Assembly (NCBI GenBank): GCA_040768745.1
Contig: JAXGMI010000001.1
Location: forward strand, 1,056,001 to 1,120,000
Direction of reading: 5' to 3'
DNA from: Desulfomicrobium sp.
GTDB taxonomy: Bacteria; Desulfobacterota; Desulfovibrionia; Desulfovibrionales; Desulfomicrobiaceae
Length of the DNA: 64,000 nt
Made by a program: the position numbers and the translations under genes. The notes below the pieces were generated by a model. It was not told the origin of the DNA. It saw nothing but the letters and a program-made list of their open reading frames with translations, and did not search any database. Below, piece after piece: positions 36,730 through 46,154 of the stretch (within the stretch, counting starts at the first letter, position 1; each line of letters begins with the position of its first letter).

Positions 36730-36788
36730 ATGAACGGGATTGGTTTTTAAAATGGAAAAATCGTCAAAGGAAGACTTGGCCCCATGTC
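36730..36788 (+). repeat. Cassette-junction repeat, copy 5
   Basis: ATGAACGGGATTGGTTTTTAAAATGGAAAAATCGTCAAAGGAAGACTTGGCCCCATGTC. Confidence 0.85.
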
Positions 36789-36829
36789 CCTGGACATCGG
36801 TATAGGCTGTTTTCGTTTCGGAGTAATGC

Positions 36830-37594
36830 ATGTTGTGCAGGATATGTCATTCTAGGCTAAAATTCAAATATGCTGCTAATAACTCGCGTGGCGAAAATGG
36901 AAATGTTTTTTATTGTAAAAAATGCGATGCTTTTTTTGTTGAAGAAAGTGAGTTTGATTATAGATGTCATGATGTGGTAAAGTACTATGAAGATCACGAA
37001 ATTTATATAAAAAATAGGTATGAAAAGTTTTTTTCTTTTGTTGAGCGATTTGTTTCGCCGTCAAGTTTTCTGGATATTGGATCGGGGATGGGATATTCGC
37101 TGGAAGTAGCGCAACGTCGCGGTTGGAGTGCGCATGGTATAGAGCCAAATGCTATCCTGGCACAAAATTGTATTGATCGAGGACTTTCAGTTCAAAATAG
37201 CAAATTTTGTTTTGGGGAAAACTCGTGTTTTCGATTGATTTCAATGGATAATGTTCTAGAGCACGTCCGTAATCCAGTTGAGTTTGTTTATGACGCTTCA
37301 AGGTGTCTCGAAAAGGGCGGTATGCTTGTGATCGCAGTGCCTCCGGTTGATTGGCTAAGAAAAGTTGTTTCTTCTTTTGCTTTGGTGCGTGAGAATGTGA
37401 CTATTCCTCAATTAAATATTTTTTACGATATGACTCAGCATATTAATTTCTTTAGCAGAAAGTCTATTTATCAGATTGCAAATGAATTAAATTTGACTAT
37501 TTTCTCACATCGATATCATCATAGTTTGTTATATAATAATGTGATTTCGCGGTTTGTTAAGATAAACGATGGGATATTTTTCTTGGCTAAATGA
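36830..37594 (+). CDS. Class I SAM-dependent methyltransferase with N-terminal Cys motifs
   Basis: CRIC...CKKC, LDIGSGMG, NVLEHV. Confidence 0.85.
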   Translation: MLCRICHSRLKFKYAANNSRGENGNVFYCKKCDAFFVEESEFDYRCHDVVKYYEDHEIYIKNRYEKFFSFVERFVSPSSFLDIGSGMGYSLEVAQRRGWSAHGIEPNAILAQNCIDRGLSVQNSKFCFGENSCFRLISMDNVLEHVRNPVEFVYDASRCLEKGGMLVIAVPPVDWLRKVVSSFALVRENVTIPQLNIFYDMTQHINFFSRKSIYQIANELNLTIFSHRYHHSLLYNNVISRFVKINDGIFFLAK

Positions 37595-37660
37595 ATGAAG
37601 TGTGGTGCTTATGTCGAGACATGTGATCGATAAACGGTTGTTTTGTGTTGGATTCTTGCT

Positions 37661-39094
37661 GTGACATTAATTAATGCGCTGAAGTGGTCATTCTTGGGTG
37701 AGTTGGCGTCAAAAGCAATTCAACCGCTTGTGTTTATCGTTTTGGCCCGACTGCTGACACCTGAAGATTTTGGTGTGATGACAGCCGCGCTCATGGTTAT
37801 CGGTTTTTCGCAGATTTTTTGGGAAGCTGGAATGGGCAAGGCTTTGATTCAGCGCCAGACAAATATTGAGGAAGCCGCTAATGCAGCTTTTTGGATCAAT
37901 GTCATACTTGGTGTTGTTATTTCTAATGCTTTGTATTTTTCTGCTAATTTTGTTGCGCAAACTTTTTTTCAAGATGGAAGAGTCGAGACGGTGTTGCAAG
38001 TAATGACTTTGCAGATTTTTTTTGGATCCGTTTCTTCGGTGCATACAGCTCTTTTGCAAAGAAATATGGATTTTAAAAAATTATTTTGGGTTAGGTTTGT
38101 AACGGTATGTCTGCCAGGTATCGCTTCGATCCCGCTGGCCTGGTACGGATGGGGGCATTGGGCGTTGGTTGCTGGTACTTTGGCTGGTCAGCTAGCGCAG
38201 ATGATCATGTTGTGGAGGATGAGCTATTGGCGGCCAAGCATGGCAGTCAATATCGGGGTAACAAGTGAAATGGCCAAGTTTGGTGGCTGGGTAGGCGCAA
38301 CTGGACTGCTGACATGGTTTTATGCTTGGGCAGATTCCTTGGTGGTCGGCCATTACCTCGGTAGTCATGACCTCGGACTTTTTCGTACAGGCTGTCAATT
38401 TCCAGCTATCATTTTTGCCCTATTCTTTGGGCCTATTGTACCCGTGCTTTACAGTCAGATCTCTCGTATTGGCCATGCAAAAGATAGAATGAAGGAGATA
38501 GCTGAATTTGCAATCGGAATGCTAACAATTGTCTCCATTCCCGTTGCAGCATTCCTTTTTATATATTCAGAGCATATCGAAGCTCTAATATTTGGAGATA
38601 AATGGAATGGAGTTGGCGTAGTGCTCGGAGTGATGGCATTGATGCATGGGTTTTCATGGATTGTAGGCATGAATGGAGAGTTTTACCGTGCGACAGGGAA
38701 CCCCTCTTGCGAAACAATCGTTACGGCCGGTGCGATGGGTGTGTACTTGCTAGTATATTTAATGATCATTCATCAAGGATTAAGAGTTTTTGTATGGGCC
38801 AGGATGGCCTTGGCAATAGGAGCGCTAGTTCTCCATTTAATTGTACTAAATAAAATTTTCAACGTGAATCTGCTTTTAGTAGTGCGTCGCATTGTGTTCA
38901 TCTCAATGATAAGTGCTTTTGCAATATTTTATGTTAAAGAATTTTCAATATGTATTTTTGTAGACAGATGGGCTCAATTTATAATTGGATGTTTGATGTC
39001 AGCTACTGCGGTATTGTTTTCGATTTATATATTAGAGAGGAAAAAAATATGTTTGCAAATTACTACGATGGTCAGAAAAAATGAAACTAAATAG
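37661..39094 (+). CDS. Wzx-type oligosaccharide flippase
   Basis: LARLLTPEDFG, GMGKALIQ, many transmembrane segments (MOP/PST family). Confidence 0.88.
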   Translation: MTLINALKWSFLGELASKAIQPLVFIVLARLLTPEDFGVMTAALMVIGFSQIFWEAGMGKALIQRQTNIEEAANAAFWINVILGVVISNALYFSANFVAQTFFQDGRVETVLQVMTLQIFFGSVSSVHTALLQRNMDFKKLFWVRFVTVCLPGIASIPLAWYGWGHWALVAGTLAGQLAQMIMLWRMSYWRPSMAVNIGVTSEMAKFGGWVGATGLLTWFYAWADSLVVGHYLGSHDLGLFRTGCQFPAIIFALFFGPIVPVLYSQISRIGHAKDRMKEIAEFAIGMLTIVSIPVAAFLFIYSEHIEALIFGDKWNGVGVVLGVMALMHGFSWIVGMNGEFYRATGNPSCETIVTAGAMGVYLLVYLMIIHQGLRVFVWARMALAIGALVLHLIVLNKIFNVNLLLVVRRIVFISMISAFAIFYVKEFSICIFVDRWAQFIIGCLMSATAVLFSIYILERKKICLQITTMVRKNETK

Positions 39095-40289
39095 TATGAA
39101 TAAGTTCTTGAAAAATATATTGTTTCCGATTCGAAATATTGTCAGTCGTAGATTTGTCGAATATCAACTAGAAAAGAGAATAGTTCAAAACAGGATTAAA
39201 GATGTTGTAAATTTTAATTTTGATGATTTAAAAAGACAAACACTAGAGTATCTAAAGTCCGTTCAAATATCAGAAAAGCCTTATTTGTATAAATATTCAG
39301 CAAGTTGCTCAAGGCCTACGTTGTACGCATCAGTCTATGCATGTATGACACTAAGCCTCTATGGCGAGCTTAATAATTTTAATGAGCAACAAAAGTTGGA
39401 CTGGTGTTCGTATTTTGACTCATTCCAAGAAGAAAACGGATTATTCTATGACACCACAGTCAGAAATGAGATATATGATGAATCCGACTGGTGGGGTGCA
39501 CGGCATATAACTACTCACATGATTAGTGCCTACACAGACTTGGGCGCAAAACCCAAGCGCCCAATTAGGGCCATCGAGGGGTTCTGTGGCGACGGTGATA
39601 TTACCCGATGGCTGAGCGCAATAGATTGGATGTCACCCAGCCTAGGCCGAGGCGATATTGATAACAAAATCATGAATATTGGTTGTCTGCTCCAATATCA
39701 GCGCGATGCCTGGGCTGATACGAAGGCAGCTACAGCGATTTTCGAAATGAAAAAATTCCTTAAAACTAAAATCAACCCAAGTACCGGTATGTGGGGCGAT
39801 TTTAATTCCGCTGATCCTGGTCAACGCTCCAGGATGGTTCAATTTGCCTATCACCTACTCTTAATTTATTTTTACGATGGCGATTATGATTTTGATGTCA
39901 ATTTAATTGTCTTGCATGTGTTAAAAACACAAAATAAATTCGGTGGATACGGAGTGAAGCTTAACTCGAGTGCTTGTGAAGATATAGACTCTGTTGACAT
40001 TCTCATTAAGTTATATAAATTCTGTGATCAAAAAATACAAGATAAAATTAACCGATCAATTATTTTGTCACTAAAGTGGATATTAATAAATCAGGTTTCT
40101 GACGGCGGTTTCGTTTTTAGGCTTAACGAGCCATTTGTATATGGATCAAATGAAACATCAAGTTTCGCGAACCAAGGATCTATGATGCCAACATGGTTTC
40201 GATCACTCTCTATTGCTTACATTGCGAAGCATTTAAAATTGAGTAACAGCTATATCATCACCAGCGCGCCTGGATATGAGTTTCTTTAA
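39081..40289 (+). CDS. Hypothetical protein with prenyltransferase/terpene-cyclase-like (alpha/alpha barrel) repeat motifs
   Basis: FQEENGLF, INPSTGMWG, TQNKFGGYG, NQVSDGGF. Confidence 0.55.
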   Translation: MKLNSMNKFLKNILFPIRNIVSRRFVEYQLEKRIVQNRIKDVVNFNFDDLKRQTLEYLKSVQISEKPYLYKYSASCSRPTLYASVYACMTLSLYGELNNFNEQQKLDWCSYFDSFQEENGLFYDTTVRNEIYDESDWWGARHITTHMISAYTDLGAKPKRPIRAIEGFCGDGDITRWLSAIDWMSPSLGRGDIDNKIMNIGCLLQYQRDAWADTKAATAIFEMKKFLKTKINPSTGMWGDFNSADPGQRSRMVQFAYHLLLIYFYDGDYDFDVNLIVLHVLKTQNKFGGYGVKLNSSACEDIDSVDILIKLYKFCDQKIQDKINRSIILSLKWILINQVSDGGFVFRLNEPFVYGSNETSSFANQGSMMPTWFRSLSIAYIAKHLKLSNSYIITSAPGYEFL

Positions 40290-40515
40290 AATCGCGTATG
40301 TTGCAATTGTTGATTAAATGATCAGAAAATTATTCACTCTAATTTTTGCATGAAATTATCTCGGTATATATATTTTTTTACGTAAATAAAATTTAAATGT
40401 ATAAATATAATTTGTGTCTAAAGCAGCCATTTTTTCTGATATGATAAATATAGTCAATCAAAAATTGTTGTTGATTTATCTAAGATTTTTTTATGCATAA
40501 ACATTAAAAAATCAA

Positions 40516-41136
40516 ATGAAAGTGCGCCAAATTATTTATCTATCTTATTGCTTTGTGCGTGATTCACTGCTTCGTTTTTCGAATAAGCAACTGAGTTATG
40601 CATTCTCTATTAGCTCTCATCTTACAATTCCGGAAAGAGTAAAAATTTATCAACTTTCTGTTAATACGAGATATGTTGTTGAAATTGGTTCATATATTGG
40701 TGCGTCTGCCTGCTGTTTTGGCGCATCTGCGATTATGAACGCTAAGATGCGGATACTATGTATAGATACTTGGAATAATGACTCCATGAGCGAGGGGTGT
40801 CGAGATACTTGGTCTGAATTCCTTGATAACACATCTCGATATTCGCAATTTATCACACCCATAAGGGGGTTTAGTGCTCATGTCTTGGAGAAAATTTATT
40901 CCATTACTCCTGTCATCGATCTGCTTTTTATTGATGGTGATCACTCCTATGACGGAGTAAAATCTGATTGGGAAACTTATAAATATTTTCTCAAGCCTGG
41001 TTCTATAATTATTTTTCATGATTATGGATGGGCGAATGGGGTTAAGCGTGTGGTTCATGAAGATGTTATGCCATTTGTGGGTTCGCATAATTGTTTACCG
41101 AATATGTGGTGGGGCACATTATCCAAGCAGCCATGA
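40516..41136 (+). CDS. Class I SAM-dependent methyltransferase (Methyltransf_24-like)
   Basis: VEIGSYIGAS, IDTW, LFIDGDHSYDGVKSD, IFHDY. Confidence 0.88.
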   Translation: MKVRQIIYLSYCFVRDSLLRFSNKQLSYAFSISSHLTIPERVKIYQLSVNTRYVVEIGSYIGASACCFGASAIMNAKMRILCIDTWNNDSMSEGCRDTWSEFLDNTSRYSQFITPIRGFSAHVLEKIYSITPVIDLLFIDGDHSYDGVKSDWETYKYFLKPGSIIIFHDYGWANGVKRVVHEDVMPFVGSHNCLPNMWWGTLSKQP

Positions 41137-42119
41137 TTTCTGTGGTAATTCCAACGCGTAATCGCGCTGATTTTTTGAATCTCGCGTTGAAGTCCATTGT
41201 TCAGCAGACTTTGCCAGGTTGTGATTTTGAGGTGTTGGTTGTTGATAATGGTTCTATAGATAGGACTTCGCAAGTTATTTCCGCTTATAAGTCCGCGCTC
41301 TTCAATCTCACAGCTATGTATGCACCAGAGCCTGGCTTGCATACGGGTCGACATGCAGGGATGGAAGCTGCCAAAGGCGAGATTCTTGTTTTTGCAGATG
41401 ATGACATCGAAGCTCTGCCGACGTGGTTGAAAAGCATAAAAAAATGTTTTTCTGATCCGCTTGTCGCGATGGTGGGGGGTAATAACTATCCGATGTTTCT
41501 TCAAAATCCGCCGAAGTGGATTCTCAACTTGTGGAAGCGCCACAACTTTTCAGGGTATAGGGCTATTCCTGCTTTAAGTGTTGTAGAATTTTGTAAGGCG
41601 TCGATAGAGATTTCCCCCTATTGGGTTTGGGGTTGTAACTTTGCGATTCGAAAAGACGTCCTGCTGGCTGCTGGTGGATTTCATCCAGACGGAATGCCGG
41701 AAGACCTGATCCGGTTTCGTGGTGACGGCGAAACTCACGTTTCACGATTTGTTGCGGAATCAAATATGAAATGCGTCTTTCATCCTGGGGCTTCTGTTTA
41801 TCACAAAATTCCTGCTTCACGCATGACTTACCAATATTTTTTTCAACGCGGGTTTAATCAGGGCGTTTCAGATTCATATACTGACCTTAGAACTGGAAAG
41901 CATCAGTTTAAGCATGACTCGTCCGTTGTCCGTAGAGTATATCAAAAATCCCGAAAATTTTTCAGATTAGCCACAGAAAGGCTTCTTCTTTGTAAAGATT
42001 CTTTTTACGCATTAAAAATGTTCAATTATGGTCATCGAAAAGGCTATAATTTTCATCAAGATGTATATAAAATGGATGCAGATGTTCGAGAATGGGTTCA
42101 CAGAGAAAGGTATTATTGA
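41133..42119 (+). CDS. Glycosyltransferase family 2
   Basis: SVVIPTRNR, VVDNGS, FADDD, GCNFAIRK. Confidence 0.9.
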   Translation: MISVVIPTRNRADFLNLALKSIVQQTLPGCDFEVLVVDNGSIDRTSQVISAYKSALFNLTAMYAPEPGLHTGRHAGMEAAKGEILVFADDDIEALPTWLKSIKKCFSDPLVAMVGGNNYPMFLQNPPKWILNLWKRHNFSGYRAIPALSVVEFCKASIEISPYWVWGCNFAIRKDVLLAAGGFHPDGMPEDLIRFRGDGETHVSRFVAESNMKCVFHPGASVYHKIPASRMTYQYFFQRGFNQGVSDSYTDLRTGKHQFKHDSSVVRRVYQKSRKFFRLATERLLLCKDSFYALKMFNYGHRKGYNFHQDVYKMDADVREWVHRERYY

Positions 42120-42122
42120 GTT

Positions 42123-42673
42123 GTGAAATTAATAGATAAGCTTAAGCGACGCGAATTTATTTTTTTTAAAATTATGCTAATTGTTTGCGCATAAATTTAT
42201 GTCGCGCAAATACAATCTTTTTATTTATAGAAATGCTTCTCCTTATCAGAATGCTAGTGTCAAAGAGTTAAGATTTATTGAAAATGATTTGGAGGTTCTT
42301 GGGGTTAACGTAGAGAATTACGCGCCCCCCCCCCAGACCAATTTAAAGTTTTATTGCAAAAGCAATGGTTTCCGGCATAATATCATGGAGGGTACGGAGT
42401 TGGCGTTTGGGACGAGAAATTGCTTGAGCACTGGATCTCTAGTGAACTGCCGTGTCTCTATGAGTTCGAGTCTGCCGATATTTATGTCGATGTCGCAGGT
42501 GCAAGTTCGCCTTAGGCAATAATTTTTCGTGATAAACTAGGGATTAACGCATTTGTTATTGATCTCGGAGATATTCCTGATGAATACCGTGGCATCGAAT
42601 ATTATCGACAAGAAAATGCAACAGATACATCATTCCAAAACGACTCTGCTCGAGGCATTTCACTGCATTGATA
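42123..42673 (+). pseudogene. Degraded gene (methyltransferase-like) with frameshifts and in-frame stops
   Basis: The frame shifts around the C10 tract at 42325-42334; the downstream frame reads WFPA*YHGGYGVGVWDEKLLEHW...YVDVAGASSP*AIIF...ENATDTSF and then stops. Confidence 0.6.
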
Positions 42674-42765
42674 AACACGGAATGAAATATCTGTTACGAG
42701 TTCTTAGGAATAAAAATTGATTTTTGAAAAAACGTTTACTGTCACTTTATATTGGAAATTTAAAA

Positions 42766-43203
42766 ATGATAGAGAATGTATTGCACTCAGAAAAAACGCT
42801 TGCTGTTATATTATATGCTAATTTTAAAAAAGAAGGAATTCATTTTTTTACCTCGGGCGAGTTCTCGCAACAGCTTGGTTACATGAATCGCCCCCAAGGT
42901 TATGTCATCCCGCCGCATGTTCATAATTCTGTTCCAAGAGAAGTGCAGTTTACCAAAGAAGTCTTGTTCATCAAGAGCGGGAAGGTTCGAGTCGATTTTT
43001 ATGATGAAGATCAGAACTATCTACTTAGCCGCATACTGAATCAGGGTGACGTCATCCTACTGGCATTCGGCGGACATGGCTTCGAAATGCTTGAACCCAG
43101 CGAAATCATAGAAGTCAAACAGGGGCCTTACGCAGGTGAAGCTGATAAAACACGCTTTGCGCCATGTGATCCGAGCCAAATTTGTTTTGGAGACAATGAG
43201 TGA
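42766..43203 (+). CDS. Cupin-fold protein
   Basis: IPPHVHN, EVLFIKSGKVRVDFY, GGHGFEML, EVKQGPY. Confidence 0.75.
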   Translation: MIENVLHSEKTLAVILYANFKKEGIHFFTSGEFSQQLGYMNRPQGYVIPPHVHNSVPREVQFTKEVLFIKSGKVRVDFYDEDQNYLLSRILNQGDVILLAFGGHGFEMLEPSEIIEVKQGPYAGEADKTRFAPCDPSQICFGDNE

Positions 43204-43952
43204 TGAGTTCAGGAATTTTCAACGCGTACAGTAGATATTATGATCTCCTGTATCGGGATAAAGATTACAAAACTGAAGCCGAGTACGTCGGTAGAATTTT
43301 ACGGAAACATGGCGTTGGCGGCAGGGACATTCTGGAGTTTGGAAGCGGAACGGGAAAGCACGGCAGATTATTGGCCAGCCAAGGTTTTGCAGTGTTGGGT
43401 ATTGAGCAAAGCGCGGACATGGTAGCTCAAGCCAGCCAAGGAGGGAACTTTTCCTGCGTTCAGGGCGATATCCGAAAGATTGACCTTCTGCGTCAATTCG
43501 ACGCCATCGTGTCCCTTTTTCATGTGATGAGCTATCAGACGCGAAACGAGGATATTCAGGCCGTGTTTTCCCGGGCGGCGCAGCATCTTTGTCCTGGGGG
43601 CCTGTTCGTCTTCGATGTCTGGTATACGCCAGCCGTGATGGTTCAAAGGCCATCTGTTCGCATCAAGCGCATGACAAATGACTCATTGGAAGTTGTGCGC
43701 ATCGCTGAGCCGGTCATTTACCCCAATGAAAATCGAGTGGACGTGAGCTATTCAATCATCGTTCGGGATATAAATTCCCGAGTGACTGAGCAGTTTTCGG
43801 AAATCCACGCGATGCGGCATTTTTCCTTGCCAGAGATAGACATGTTGGCTGAATGGAGCGGTTTTGAGCGCATTGGCGCTGAGGAGTTTTTGACCGGGAA
43901 AACTCCCGGAGAAGAAACCTGGGGCGTGTGCCTGATTCTAAGGAGATTGTGA
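43203..43952 (+). CDS. Class I SAM-dependent methyltransferase (sugar N-methyltransferase-like)
   Basis: YYDLLYRDKDYKTEA, LEFGSGTGKH, GDIR, FDAIVSLFHV. Confidence 0.83.
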   Translation: MSSGIFNAYSRYYDLLYRDKDYKTEAEYVGRILRKHGVGGRDILEFGSGTGKHGRLLASQGFAVLGIEQSADMVAQASQGGNFSCVQGDIRKIDLLRQFDAIVSLFHVMSYQTRNEDIQAVFSRAAQHLCPGGLFVFDVWYTPAVMVQRPSVRIKRMTNDSLEVVRIAEPVIYPNENRVDVSYSIIVRDINSRVTEQFSEIHAMRHFSLPEIDMLAEWSGFERIGAEEFLTGKTPGEETWGVCLILRRL

Positions 43953-43953
43953 C

Positions 43954-45078
43954 ATGGCGAATTTCATACCTGTCAATGAGCCGCTATTGGATGGGAATGA
44001 AAAGAAATATCTCATCGAATGTATCGAGACGGGATGGATTTCGTCTGAAGGGCCGTTTGTTAAAATGTTTGAGGAGCGCTTCGCGGAACGTGTAATGCGT
44101 AACTACGGCATTGCTGTAGCAAATGGCTCGGTCGCGCTAGAAGCGGCTGTGGTAGCGCTTGGCCTTGGGCCAGGGGACGAAGTCATCATGCCAGCTTTTA
44201 CGATCATTTCCTGCGCTGCCGCAATCGTGCGCGCAGGAGCGAAGCCGGTGCTGGTTGATTGTGATCCCTTTACTTGGAACATGGTGCCCGAACAGGTTGC
44301 GGAGAAGATCACCTCGAGAACAAGAGCGATCATGGTGGTGCATATTTTTGGTTTACCCGTGGATATGGACCCTGTTCTGGATCTTGCCGACAAGCATGGT
44401 TTGTTCATCATTGAAGACGCGGCGCAAATGCATGGACAGACATACAAGGGGCGCCCGTGTGGGAGCTTTGGGCATATCAGCACGTTCAGTTTTTATCCCA
44501 ATAAGCATGTGACCACCGGCGAAGGCGGAATGATTGTCACCGATGACCCAGCTTTGGCTGAAAGGTGCAGATCATTGCGCAATCTCTGCTTCAAAGCCGA
44601 GCAGCGTTTTGTCCATGATGAATTGGGGTGGAACTTTCGCATGACGAACATGCAAGCCGCTCTCGGTGTCGCCCAATTGGAGCGTTTGGATGAATTTGTT
44701 CAGATCAAAAGAAATATGGGGGCGACATATTCGTCGTTGCTATGCGATGTACCAGTTGTGCAAATTCCTGTAGCTAGGACAAGCTATGCGGATAACATCT
44801 ATTGGGTTTTTGGGCTGGTCTTAAAAGATGAGGTGCCTTTTGACGCCAAGGGGATCATGGCCAGGCTGGGCAAGGTTGGAGTCGGTACACGTCCATTTTT
44901 TTGGTCTATGCATGAACAGCCTGTGTTCAAGAAGATGGGATTGTTTATAAATGAAAGCTACCCAGAATCGTCTCGTATTGCGCGGCGTGGGTTTTATCTT
45001 CCTAGTGGATTAAAATTACATTCCGCTGAAATTTGCGCCATTGTTCAAAAAGTGTTGTTAATCTTGCAAGAAGCATGA
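43954..45078 (+). CDS. DegT/DnrJ aminotransferase, GDP-perosamine synthase-like
   Basis: IPVNEP, GWISSEG, IEDAA, SFYPNKHVTTGEGG, GWNFRMTNMQAA. Confidence 0.9.
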   Translation: MANFIPVNEPLLDGNEKKYLIECIETGWISSEGPFVKMFEERFAERVMRNYGIAVANGSVALEAAVVALGLGPGDEVIMPAFTIISCAAAIVRAGAKPVLVDCDPFTWNMVPEQVAEKITSRTRAIMVVHIFGLPVDMDPVLDLADKHGLFIIEDAAQMHGQTYKGRPCGSFGHISTFSFYPNKHVTTGEGGMIVTDDPALAERCRSLRNLCFKAEQRFVHDELGWNFRMTNMQAALGVAQLERLDEFVQIKRNMGATYSSLLCDVPVVQIPVARTSYADNIYWVFGLVLKDEVPFDAKGIMARLGKVGVGTRPFFWSMHEQPVFKKMGLFINESYPESSRIARRGFYLPSGLKLHSAEICAIVQKVLLILQEA

Positions 45079-46151
45079 AAAATTTTCTGATTGTGTTTCC
45101 GTGTGACACATTGGCATATTCGCCAACTGTCATAAATATGATAACCTTGCTGTCCAAAAAAGGAAGTGTACGCCTAGTATCATTTTCAGATAAGCGGTGG
45201 GTCAATAGTGTCAATGATCTCAAGTGTAGTTATAAATTTATAAATTTTCCATTGTTAGTGCGAAGGTTTCTTCAAAGATTTCCGAAATTTTATTCTATAA
45301 TACGTTTCATTTTTTTGCATTTTTGTTTGCGAAATGATAAAAATTATTATGATTTGATATTTGGCGTTGATTCTCTTGGTTATTTTGTTACTAAGATTAA
45401 CTTTAAAAATAAAAACATAATTTATCTCTCTTTAGAAATTTACGACGATATTTGGCTGAAGCTGACTAAATTCGTTGGTGTTGGCACTCTTGTGATTCAA
45501 TCAGAGGAGAGGAAAAAATTTCTTTTTGGTGATGTGAATATCGATACATTCATTTTGCCCAATTCTCCAATTTATGATTTTGAATTACAGAAAAAAAAAA
45601 TTGGGCACAGTCTTATATATATAGGAGGCGTATATCCGGCTCACGGAGTTGAATTTTGTATTGAGTCATTGTATGAGCTTGATCAGAAATTTAGTTTGAC
45701 TGTGAAGGGGATGGTCAGTGCGCTTTATAGATTTAAACTTGAAAAAAAATATGCGGACTTATTGTCGTCAGGTAGGTTAATTTTGGATGATAAATACGTC
45801 AGTCAGTCTGAGTTAGTTCGTTTTTTGCAGAATTTTGACGCAGGTCTCTGTTTTTACGATACGGATGGGATATTAAAAAATGATTTCAATTACATTAGTT
45901 GCCCGTCTGGCAAAATGTATTCATATTTTGCGTCTGGCTTACCCGTGATTGGCCAAGACATACTTGGAATGCGCGATGTATTAAAAAATAATGCTGGCAT
46001 ACTTGTTGAGAGTCCATGTCCGAAAGCGATATCGATTGCTGTGCAACGTGTATTTGAAAATTACAGCTTTTATGCGAAAAACTCAATTGAAGCTGGCAAG
46101 TATATGAATTTTAAGCATTATTTTGACGATTTTTATTATAAAGTTAATTAA
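45075..46151 (+). CDS. Glycosyltransferase (GT-B/GT4-like)
   Basis: LIYIGG, PSGKMYSYFASGLPVI. Confidence 0.75.
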   Translation: MKNFLIVFPCDTLAYSPTVINMITLLSKKGSVRLVSFSDKRWVNSVNDLKCSYKFINFPLLVRRFLQRFPKFYSIIRFIFLHFCLRNDKNYYDLIFGVDSLGYFVTKINFKNKNIIYLSLEIYDDIWLKLTKFVGVGTLVIQSEERKKFLFGDVNIDTFILPNSPIYDFELQKKKIGHSLIYIGGVYPAHGVEFCIESLYELDQKFSLTVKGMVSALYRFKLEKKYADLLSSGRLILDDKYVSQSELVRFLQNFDAGLCFYDTDGILKNDFNYISCPSGKMYSYFASGLPVIGQDILGMRDVLKNNAGILVESPCPKAISIAVQRVFENYSFYAKNSIEAGKYMNFKHYFDDFYYKVN

Positions 46152-46154
46152 TTA

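Noticed and set aside
31631..36788. Junction repeats as a CRISPR array or integron attC sites
   Set aside because: Spacing is irregular (0.5-1.9 kb) with whole genes between copies, the copies are degenerate, no RYYYAAC...GTTRRRY palindrome was seen, and there is no cas or intI gene in the window.
42181..42522. 113-aa ORF in the track as an intact gene
   Set aside because: It is a piece of a frameshifted pseudogene; the protein-like sequence continues in another frame.
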